Part shown: in pieces, positions 1 to 8,239 of the stretch
How positions within the stretch are numbered: position 1 is the first letter of the stretch
How the letters are laid out: each line of letters starts with the position of its first letter
Assembly: GCA_965277405.1 (NCBI GenBank)
Contig: OZ255726.1
Coordinates: 448,001-512,000 of the forward strand
From: Gammaproteobacteria bacterium
Lineage (GTDB): Bacteria; Pseudomonadota; Gammaproteobacteria; G965277405
DNA length: 64,000 nucleotides
Direction of reading: 5' to 3'
The notes under the pieces: generated by a model
Told to the model about the DNA's origin: nothing
Databases searched by the model: none
Seen by the model: the letters and a program-made list of their open reading frames with translations, nothing else
Translations under genes and position numbers: made by a program

Positions 1-539
1 TCGAACGCAATATCACGGGCCTGTGCAACGACGTGACCTAAATCAAGCGCAACGCCTGATGGCGCATCTATCTTTTGCTTATGGTGTGCCTCAATGATTT
101 CAATATCCGCCGCGGCTAATGCGCGTGACGCCTGCCTTACTAAGCTACGCAATACATGAATTCCCACACTGGTATTCGTCGCATACAGCACAGGAATCTG
201 TAAACTGACCTGCTGCATATATAATTCAGTTGCAACATCAAGCCCCGTAGTGCACATTACTAAAGGGGTGCTGTGCTCGACACATTGGTCGATGATTGCC
301 CTGGTAGCACTCGCCAAAGAAAAATCGATAACGACATCACTTGTATGTAGCGTAGCGCTCATGATAATTGGATTCGTTATTTGCGGTTCAAGAGATTGCA
401 CCGGCTGTTGAAAAAACGCAGACTCCTTGCGCACCAGCGCGCAGCTGAGTTGATACTCACGAGGATTGGCAGCAATGATACGCAACAACTCGCGTCCCAT
501 CCGTCCAGAAGCACCTGCTACAGCAATCTGTAATGTCAT
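1..539 (-). CDS. dapB: 4-hydroxy-tetrahydrodipicolinate reductase (5' part; runs off the window start)
   Basis: Manual translation: MTLQIAVAGASGRMGRE (Rossmann motif) and DIEIIEAHHKQKIDAPSG (DapB signature). Not in the ORF track because it is truncated. Confidence 0.9.
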   Translation of the reverse strand, partial: MTLQIAVAGASGRMGRELLRIIAANPREYQLSCALVRKESAFFQQPVQSLEPQITNPIIMSATLHTSDVVIDFSLASATRAIIDQCVEHSTPLVMCTTGLDVATELYMQQVSLQIPVLYATNTSVGIHVLRSLVRQASRALAAADIEIIEAHHKQKIDAPSGVALDLGHVVAQARDIAF

Positions 540-601
540 ACTTAAATCTACAAAGTTCAAAGACCATAGCATATATATAACAACTTATACAATACTCCGA
601 A

Positions 602-1903
602 ATGTTACCTTTATTTTCTACCACCGCTGCAAATTTTGCAGAGCAACTCAGCAAACGCCTAGATCGATTGAGTGCTGACGACACAAAACTGCGCGCCACT
701 GTTGGCACAATTATTGAAGATGTCCGCAGCCGCGGCGATGCAGCGTTACTCGAATACACCAAGCAATTCGACCATGTTGGTGCAATGGAAATTGACAAAT
801 TACACATTGGAGCAGCAGCCATTCACAACGCCTTGCTGTCAATTGATAACGCAACACGAGAACATTTAGAATTTGCAGCAGACAATATTCGCCGCTACCA
901 CCAACAACAAGTCCGCGCAGATTGGCATTATACAGACGCACTCGGCAACACACTCGGGCAAAGAATCACGCCAATTGATGCCGTTGGTATTTACGCACCA
1001 GGCGGCACAGCATGCTATCCATCGTCAGTATTGATGAATGCAATCCCCGCAAAACTTGCAGGTGTTGACAGGATTGTCCTCGTCAGCCCCACCCCAAATG
1101 ACGTCGTCAACCCTATATTACTCGCAGCTGCTGCAGTTGCCGGCATCGATGAAATGTGGCGTATTGGTGGCGCGCAAGCAATTGCTGCATTAGCGTATGG
1201 CACCAACAGCATCCAAGCGATTGATAAAATAACAGGGCCTGGCAACCAATACGTCAGCGAAGCCAAGCGCCAAGTATTTGGCAAGGTTGGCATCGATATG
1301 ATTGCAGGTCCTTCTGAATTGTTAATAATCAGCGATGAGCACATTGACCCGGTCACGGTCGCAGCTGACTTATGCGCGCAAGCCGAACACGACACCAACG
1401 CGCAATCTATCTTGCTCTCAACCAGCCCAACCCATTGCCAAGCGGTGATCCATGCCATTGAAAACTTGCTCAAACTGCAAAGTTTTGGCAATCGTGATAA
1501 AATTATTCGTACCTCACTGCAAAACCGCGGCGCTGCAATTAGCTGCAAACACATCGATGAAGTAATCGAACTTGCTAACTATATCGCTCCTGAACATTTG
1601 CAAATTATGGTTAACAACAGCAACGAAATTCTGCCGAAAATCAAACATGCAGGCGCAATATTTATTGGCAACAGCTGTGAAGTGCTCGGTGACTACTGCG
1701 CTGGTAGCAACCATGTGTTGCCCACCAACGGCAGCGCACGGTTCTTTTCTGGGCTGAGTGTTGACGACTTTACCAAAAAAACTGCCATCATCGACTGTTC
1801 GCTCAGTGGTGCAGCGACACTGGCCTATACTGCGCACAAACTAGCACAGCTTGAAGGACTACCAGCGCATGCCTTTGCCGCAGCACAACGTATGTCCCCA
1901 TAA
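602..1903 (+). CDS. hisD: Histidinol dehydrogenase
   Basis: GIYAPGG, DKITGPGNQYV, IDMIAGPSE, AQAEHD, APEHL, GDYCAGSNHVLPT motifs. Confidence 0.96.
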   Translation: MLPLFSTTAANFAEQLSKRLDRLSADDTKLRATVGTIIEDVRSRGDAALLEYTKQFDHVGAMEIDKLHIGAAAIHNALLSIDNATREHLEFAADNIRRYHQQQVRADWHYTDALGNTLGQRITPIDAVGIYAPGGTACYPSSVLMNAIPAKLAGVDRIVLVSPTPNDVVNPILLAAAAVAGIDEMWRIGGAQAIAALAYGTNSIQAIDKITGPGNQYVSEAKRQVFGKVGIDMIAGPSELLIISDEHIDPVTVAADLCAQAEHDTNAQSILLSTSPTHCQAVIHAIENLLKLQSFGNRDKIIRTSLQNRGAAISCKHIDEVIELANYIAPEHLQIMVNNSNEILPKIKHAGAIFIGNSCEVLGDYCAGSNHVLPTNGSARFFSGLSVDDFTKKTAIIDCSLSGAATLAYTAHKLAQLEGLPAHAFAAAQRMSP

Positions 1904-2192
1904 GGAAGCTCTGATTAACTCGCTGATGGAGCGAGTTTGATGGCAATTGCAGATGATTGCAAGGCGCAAACCGCTGAGTGCATGCCGTAGCATATACGCC
2001 AAGGGATGTAACACAGCAAGTACCGCTGCCGCAAACCCAAAGTATATGTCAACTCAACGACGGGAAAAACGCTGCGCTAACGTCGTTGCAGCACTTGGCA
2101 ATACCCCCAGACCCACCAGTGTTAGCTGCGCGCTGCGCTTAAATTTCATCAGCGTTTCTTCTCCGTCTCGCCCGTCATGGACTTAATCAGAG
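1904..2192 (+). mobile_element. MITE copy 1 (full length, IS5-like TIRs; right TIR interrupted by the IS481 remnant)
   Basis: Starts GGAAGCTCTGATTAA directly after the hisD TAA and ends ...GACTTAATCAGAG; colinear with copies at 15860, 18653 and 57718. Confidence 0.85.
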
Positions 2193-2194
2193 AC

Positions 2195-3240
2195 TGTAAA
2201 TGCTACGGAGGTGTGTTCACACATCAGCTAACTAACAAGCTGGTACTGTATTAGTTACTAAACAAAGGAGTACAGCAGGAACAACCCACATTATTGTGCC
2301 AAAACAACGTTTCATAGTCGAGAAGTTACGATTCACAGGGTGCTTGTCGACAAGCACCCTGTGAATCGCGTAGCCAACTATTTTGCCATTTCGCTACTAT
2401 TCGCTACTAACTGTTTACAAGTGGCGCAGACGCTATACATCAGGTGGAACATCTGCACTGTATAATCTTTCTAGCAGGCCAATTTCAAGCCCAGCTAAGC
2501 TCGCTGAGACCTTGGCTCAACGCATCCAAAAACTCTATTTAGAGTCACAAATGAATGCACGGAGCATTGCCAGGTATTTGCAATTGGCATACTCCACTGT
2601 CACCAAAATTTTGAGGCGGTTGTCCCTGACAAAAAAGACCTTAACAAGAGAAAAAGCGCAGCGATATGAGCACGATCACCCCGGCGACATGCTGCATCTG
2701 GACATCAACAAACTGCAACGTTTTACTCCACCTGGGCATAAATTTGGCGCTCCTGCAACAGCAAATACAGCCCAAGGTATTGAGTGCGTCGATGTTGGTA
2801 TTGATGACCATAGTCGATGGGCGGTTGTGGCGGTGCTTCCTGATGAGAAAAAGGCAACGACGCAGGGGTTTATTCACCGATCATTCGAGCATTTTTCATC
2901 ATTGGGAATAGCGGTGCAACGGCTGATAACAGCCAACGCACCTGCATATTGATCCAAAGTTCGTAAATCGATATCTTGATGCTTGTCAAATCAACCAGGT
3001 TTTTGCCAAACCATACAGGCCGCAGACCAACGGAAAAGCAGCAAGGTTTATACAAACGATTGCCAAGGAATGGGCATTTTCGCAGCCATAGCAAACAAGT
3101 GATGAGCGCAACAAAACTCTTTCAAAATACCTTAACCACTATAACCTCAGGAACCTCAGGCGCACACATTCCGCTTTAGGGAATCTACCACCAGCTGCTA
3201 GAATTGTTGGTTTTTGTAAACAACGTGTGTAGTTTTGACA
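2195..3240 (+). mobile_element. IS481-family element remnant with frameshifted transposase
   Basis: TGT...ACA ends with imperfect IR (TGTAAATGCTAC.. / ..GTAGTTTTGACA); YEHDHPGDMLHLDINKL and IDDHSR motifs, then KPYRPQTNGKA in another frame; the usual TDNG motif reads TANA followed by a stop. Confidence 0.85.
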
Positions 3241-3451
3241 CTTATACCTGCATACCTTGCTTGGGTGATTCATGTACGGATTAACATTATTGGTTTGTGG
3301 CTCACATACGCGAACATCGCGGCAAGCTCTAATTATTGTATATCCACAATTACTGCATAGCCAAAAATTGCGCCTGTTCAATGGCGTCACATCTGCGCAT
3401 AGCAAGCATCATGTCATGCGCTGCGATTAAATTGCCCAACACATGTATTGT

Positions 3452-3569
3452 ATTTGATGGCTGTAATAATTTGTTAATCGGTGAATTTTGATTTCATCAT
3501 GCAAATTCTCCTGTTCAGATTGTAACAATCTGCTGCTGGTAACCCATGCTAATTTTAAGGGGGATTACA
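3452..3569 (-). mobile_element. IS3-family (IS407-like) left-end remnant
   Basis: Minus strand TGTAATCCCCC...AGGAGAA-ATG MKSKFTD*QIITAIK; nearly the same sequence as 7801-7910 in the opposite orientation. Confidence 0.7.
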
Positions 3570-3679
3570 AGTCGACAAAAACAAATAATACTGTAATATC
3601 GCTGGCTTTATTTATGACATACAACTCACTATGAAGTGGGTTGAAGTAAGTGAATACAATTTTAACGGAGGAAAATTAT

Positions 3680-4708
3680 ATGAAACTTAAATTTATTACT
3701 AAAACTATTCTTATTGGAGCGACAGTTGCTGTGGTTGCTTTAGCTGCAATCAATGCAAGCGCTGCTGATAATCGTAGCTACATCCTAGCAACTGCTTCTA
3801 CTGGTGGTACCTACTACCCAGTTGGCGTCGCCATCGCCACCTTGAGCAAAATAAAACTAGAACCAAAATTTGGACTCTCTTTATCTGCGATCAGTTCAGC
3901 AGGGTCTGGTGAGAATATCAAACTACTTGTAGAAAACCAAGCTCAATTCGCCATCCTCCAAGGTCTATATGGTGCTTGGGCATGGAATGGCGAAGGACCA
4001 TTTAAAAGTTCAGGTCGACAAACTGAATTACGCTCAGTTTCTATGTTGTGGCAAAACGTTGAGCACTTTACCCTTAAATCAGCCTTAGCAACAACAGGCA
4101 CTATTGCTGATTTAAAAGATTTGGAAGACAGCAACAATATGTTTTCAATTGGTAAAAAGAATTCAGGAACAGAAGGCTCTGGCCGCCAACTACTATCTGG
4201 CTTAAACATTAACCCAGATAAATTTAACCTTGCCTACATGGGCTACGGTGCTAGCGCTGATGCTATCCAAAACAACAATATTGTGGGGATGAATACGCCA
4301 GCAGGTGCTCCTGTCAGCGCGATAACTCGCCTATTTGCTGCGATGGGGAATACAGTAACAGTGCTGGATTTCACTGATCAGCAAATGAAAGATGCTAATG
4401 GCAGCTACAATTTGTGGACTCGCTATGTGATTCCAGCCAACACCTACCCAGGTCAAACAAAAGACATCAATACAATATCACAGCCTAATGTCCTAGTGAC
4501 GCGTGCAGACCTTGCTGATGATGACATCTATCAGCTAACCAGGGCTATTTATGAAAACTTGGCATACTTAAGCGCTATTCATAAAGCGACAGCGGTTATG
4601 TCTATTGACAAAGCCATTGCTGGTCTTCCTATGCCGTTGCACCCGGGTGCAGTTCGCTACTATCGTGAGCAAGGAATTAAAATTCCAGCTAGTTTAATTG
4701 CCAACTAA
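3680..4708 (+). CDS. TAXI-family TRAP transporter solute-binding protein
   Basis: Signal peptide; ATASTGGTYYPVG, SAGSGENI, PLHPGAVRYYRE motifs; GGAGG RBS before ATG 3680. Confidence 0.92.
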   Translation: MKLKFITKTILIGATVAVVALAAINASAADNRSYILATASTGGTYYPVGVAIATLSKIKLEPKFGLSLSAISSAGSGENIKLLVENQAQFAILQGLYGAWAWNGEGPFKSSGRQTELRSVSMLWQNVEHFTLKSALATTGTIADLKDLEDSNNMFSIGKKNSGTEGSGRQLLSGLNINPDKFNLAYMGYGASADAIQNNNIVGMNTPAGAPVSAITRLFAAMGNTVTVLDFTDQQMKDANGSYNLWTRYVIPANTYPGQTKDINTISQPNVLVTRADLADDDIYQLTRAIYENLAYLSAIHKATAVMSIDKAIAGLPMPLHPGAVRYYREQGIKIPASLIAN

Positions 4709-4818
4709 CGAAATAATTATCGACTTAAAACAACAATTACCTGCATATAATAACTGCTGCATAGGTTGCGGCACTTATTAACTACTCTGCTAGATAGTAT
4801 ACAAGGTAGCTGTTCCAC

Positions 4819-6960
4819 ATGACCGCTTTTGCGCAAACTGCAACGTCTTTAGACGCCGAGATCAATCAAGACGATTTGACCGGCAAACACAGATCTTCTC
4901 CTTGGTTAAATCGTGTGGTTTTTATTATTGCGGTTTCGCTTGCGGTCGCTCATATATACATCAACACCTTAGGAACCCTTCCTGAACTTTGGGTTTCTGC
5001 GTTCCATTTTGCTGGATTCGGTGCTTTGTGCGCGCTGATGATTCCAGCCACACCAAAATGGCGCGACAGTAAAATAGCCTTAATCTGTGATTCCTTGGTG
5101 GTGATCGCACTCATTAGTATGGTGCTGTATATTATTTTTTTTGAAGACGCGCTGTATGCCCGCGGGGTGATTTTTAATACAGGCGATTGGATCGTTTCTG
5201 CTGTTGCTGTTTTACTCGCGCTCGAATTCGTGCGGCGTACCAGCGGCTGGTTTATTCCACTTTTAATTATCGTTGCGCTGACGTACGTTGTGCTCTGGGG
5301 AAAATGGATCGACGGCGCATTCTCTTTTGCAGGGTTAAGCGTTGAAACCCTTTTATACCGCAGCTTTTTTGGTAGCGACGGGATGTTCGGCCCAATCTCA
5401 CGAATTTCATGGAGTTTCGTCTTCATGTTTATTCTATTCGGTGCATTTTTAGTTAAATCTGGTGCTGGAGAATTTATCATTGCGCTGTCTCGTTCGCTTG
5501 CCAGCAAAATGATTGGCGGGCCGGGGTTTGTAGCGGTGCTAGGTTCAGGGCTAATGGGTTCCGTATCAGGTTCTGCTGTTGCCAATACCGTATCTACTGG
5601 AGTTATTACCATTCCGTTGATGCGTAAGGCTGGCTTTCCAGCCCGTTTTGCCGCAGGTATTGAAGCAGCCGCGTCAACTGGTGGGCAATTAATGCCTCCC
5701 GTGATGGGAGCTGGTGCATTTATTATGTCCTCTTATACCCAAGTATCTTATGTCACCATTATCAGTGTTGCCACCATTCCCGCTGTATTGTATTTTCTGT
5801 CTGTCGGCTTTTTTGTCCGAGTTGAAGCAAAACGCAGCAAAATAATTGCTAGCGACGACGATGACGTCAATATTTCTCGAGTTTTTAAAGAAGGTTGGCA
5901 CCACATTGTTGCCTTTGTTGTTTTGGTTACTTTACTCATTAAAGGCTTCACTCCAACCTATGCAGCAGGGATAAGTATCCTCGCGGTAATCGCTGCATCT
6001 TGGCTTGCCAAAGGGCATAGAATGGGAGTGGCAGCTATTCTTGATGCCATGGCTCAAGGAGCTAAGAACATGTCGACGACAGCCGTGCTGTTAGTCGGCA
6101 TAGGTTTGGTTGTCAACGTCATCAGCACCACAGGTATAGGCAATACCTTTTCGTTGCTGATTAGCGACTGGGCTGGGGGCAGCCTCTTCTTCACTATTGT
6201 GTTAGTGGCTATTGCCTCGCTTATTTTAGGGATGGGACTACCCGTCACCGCCTCTTATATCGTATTAGCCACCTTATCAGCTCCTGCTTTATTCAACCTC
6301 ATCGCTACAAGTCAATTACTAGAAATGATAGCATCTGGCACGTTACCGCAAGCAGCACATGCGGTATTTATGCTGGTAGACCCTGCTGCTATCACCGCAT
6401 TAGCTCAGAGCATGCCGATGGAACAAGCAACAGCTTTACTCGCGCAAGTACCTAGTGACTTTATAGGTATGCTGATAGATCAAGCATTAGGTACGCAAAC
6501 CATCGCTATGATTCTAGTAACTGCGCACATGATTATATTTTGGTTGTCGCAAGACAGTAACGTTACTCCACCAGTTTGCTTAACCGCCTTTGCTGCTGCT
6601 GCCATCGCCAAAACCCCACCAATGAGAACAGGATTAACAGCTTGGAAATTAGCAAAGGGGCTGTATATCGTCCCACTACTAATGGCGTATACCCCTTTAA
6701 TTGGTGGTGACGCCGCAACACTGTTGCGCCTCACCTTTTTTTTGATCTTTGGGATGTATGCTTTAGTTGCAGCAATGGAAGGTTATTTAGAAGACAAACT
6801 GACCATTGCTTCACGCGTATTGGTGCTTATCGCCGCAGCCATGATGCTGTGGCCAGAGCTAGAACTTTGGATTCAATGCATTGGACTAGCGATATTCTTG
6901 ACCTTATTCATTATCGGCTACAAGAAATATCCAAAAACGATGCAAGTTATAGCAACCTAG
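4819..6960 (+). CDS. TRAP transporter fused permease (4TM/12TM, DctQM)
   Basis: GSVSGSAVAN, EAAASTGGQLMPPVMGAGAF, LGMGLPVTASY, SNVTPPV motifs. Confidence 0.92.
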   Translation: MTAFAQTATSLDAEINQDDLTGKHRSSPWLNRVVFIIAVSLAVAHIYINTLGTLPELWVSAFHFAGFGALCALMIPATPKWRDSKIALICDSLVVIALISMVLYIIFFEDALYARGVIFNTGDWIVSAVAVLLALEFVRRTSGWFIPLLIIVALTYVVLWGKWIDGAFSFAGLSVETLLYRSFFGSDGMFGPISRISWSFVFMFILFGAFLVKSGAGEFIIALSRSLASKMIGGPGFVAVLGSGLMGSVSGSAVANTVSTGVITIPLMRKAGFPARFAAGIEAAASTGGQLMPPVMGAGAFIMSSYTQVSYVTIISVATIPAVLYFLSVGFFVRVEAKRSKIIASDDDDVNISRVFKEGWHHIVAFVVLVTLLIKGFTPTYAAGISILAVIAASWLAKGHRMGVAAILDAMAQGAKNMSTTAVLLVGIGLVVNVISTTGIGNTFSLLISDWAGGSLFFTIVLVAIASLILGMGLPVTASYIVLATLSAPALFNLIATSQLLEMIASGTLPQAAHAVFMLVDPAAITALAQSMPMEQATALLAQVPSDFIGMLIDQALGTQTIAMILVTAHMIIFWLSQDSNVTPPVCLTAFAAAAIAKTPPMRTGLTAWKLAKGLYIVPLLMAYTPLIGGDAATLLRLTFFLIFGMYALVAAMEGYLEDKLTIASRVLVLIAAAMMLWPELELWIQCIGLAIFLTLFIIGYKKYPKTMQVIAT

Positions 6961-7123
6961 TTTTCGCATACAATCCTTGGTAACATAGACCGCGGCTTGC
7001 AATTGTTTTGCAATCGTTTTGCAATCGTTAGTGCGGCACATTATGTTTTGCGGCGAGTAAGCGCAGCTGTCGCTATCCTTGTCGCTATCCTTGAGGAGGA
7101 ACAATATTGCATACAAAAAAACC

Positions 7124-7157
7124 TTGGCGTTTTTCTGTAAGTAGCTATAATAGCTAC
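7124..7157 (+). promoter_or_regulatory. Sigma70 promoter with overlapping palindromic operator of the TA operon
   Basis: TTGGCG-16bp-TATAAT; perfect inverted repeat GTAGCTA-TAA-TAGCTAC (7141-7157) covers the -10 box, typical of TA autorepression. Confidence 0.65.
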
Positions 7158-7178
7158 CTTAACTTTAATTTCATAGGT

Positions 7179-7472
7179 ATGAACATGAAGACTATCTCAT
7201 CAAGAGATGCCCAAAACGCATTCGGTCACTTTCTGGATACAGTACAGCGTGAGCCAGTAATCGTGACTAAAAGGAACCGCCCTGTTGGAGTTATGTTGTC
7301 TATGGAAAACCTGCCAGCAATCTTTGAGCTTGCTGATAGTTTGAGAGAGACCATCAAAGCTGGTGTAAAGTCTGGGCTGGCAGATGCCAAAGCTGGCAAA
7401 GGCACAGCGCTTACCGCTGATTACATTGCTGATTTAAAGCAGGAGTTGCAAGCGAGAATAAATACCAGATAA
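7179..7472 (+). CDS. Phd/YefM-family antitoxin
   Basis: KTISSRDAQNAFGHFLDTVQREPVIVTKRNRPVGVM (Phd fold); start adjusted to ATG 7179. Confidence 0.88.
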   Translation: MNMKTISSRDAQNAFGHFLDTVQREPVIVTKRNRPVGVMLSMENLPAIFELADSLRETIKAGVKSGLADAKAGKGTALTADYIADLKQELQARINTR

Positions 7473-7481
7473 AAAGAACGA

Positions 7482-7799
7482 ATGCAGCATTATCGTATCC
7501 AAATTATGCCTACTGCCAGCAAAGGGTTACTTGAAATTGGTGAGTATATTGCTGTGGATAACCCTGTCAGGGCGGTAACGTTTGTTGTCGAAATAACCAA
7601 TTCACTGCAAAAAACTCTATCGTTGTTTCCTCTTTCAGGAAAAGTTGCCGCAGACTTGGAAATGGATGAAGAAATTAGAATATTGCCTCACGGTAATTAC
7701 ATTAGCTATTATCGTGTTGTAGCGCACAAACAGCTGGTAGAAGTCTTGTATGTGTTTAATGCCAGTCGTGATATTCAAGCGCTTATGACACAACTATAG
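7482..7799 (+). CDS. RelE/ParE-family toxin
   Basis: IGEYIAVDNPVRA, LSLFPLSG, GNYISYYRV, VFNASRD; directly downstream of the antitoxin. Confidence 0.88.
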   Translation: MQHYRIQIMPTASKGLLEIGEYIAVDNPVRAVTFVVEITNSLQKTLSLFPLSGKVAADLEMDEEIRILPHGNYISYYRVVAHKQLVEVLYVFNASRDIQALMTQL

Positions 7800-7800
7800 G

Positions 7801-8088
7801 CATAATCCCTTAAAATTAGCATGAGTTAAAAGCACAATATTGTTACAATCTGCATAGAAGAATTTGCATAAAAATCAAAATTCACGGATTCACAAATTAT
7901 TATAATACTCAAACTACATGCAGAGGGAGTGTCAGTTGCTGATCTGTCGATAACACGGCATAAGGCAATACGGTATATAAATAGCGTTCAAAATATGCTG
8001 GTTGGGATATTTCGTTCTTACAGGAGTTACAGGAACTGCGAGCTGAAAATTGACAACACAACAGATGTATGCTGAAAAGTTCTTGATT
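7801..8088 (+). pseudogene. IS3-family (IS407 group) left end and degraded orfA
   Basis: KSKFTDSQIIIILKLHAEGVSVADL...SKYAG...LQELRAEN*...MYAE matches the IS407-type OrfA pattern; stops and frameshifts; truncated by a MITE fragment. Confidence 0.75.
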
Positions 8089-8167
8089 GCTGCAATACGG
8101 CATGCGCCTTGCAATCATCAGCAATTGCAGGCAAACTCGCTCCATCAGCGAGTTAATCAGAGCTTCC
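8088..8167 (-). mobile_element. MITE partial copy (left end, internally deleted)
   Basis: ...TGCGCCTTGCAATCATCAGCAATTGCAGGCAAACTCGCTCCATCAGCGAGTTAATCAGAGCTTCC. Confidence 0.85.
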
Positions 8168-8239
8168 ATAGCTTAATTTTAAACAAATATACAATAATCA
8201 CCCCGCACTTTTATGGTTGAGTTAATTTTTAAGCAATTC

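Noticed and set aside
1947-2186. Short ORFs over MITE copies (also 7909-8169, 15856-16267, 18636-19035, 57614-57895)
   Set aside because: They are translations of the repeat. Frames and stops differ between copies and there is no transposase motif.
4950-5612. Long antisense ORFs (also 1015-1554, 28495-29019, 63318-63965)
   Set aside because: Shadows of well-supported genes on the opposite strand, with no independent motifs.
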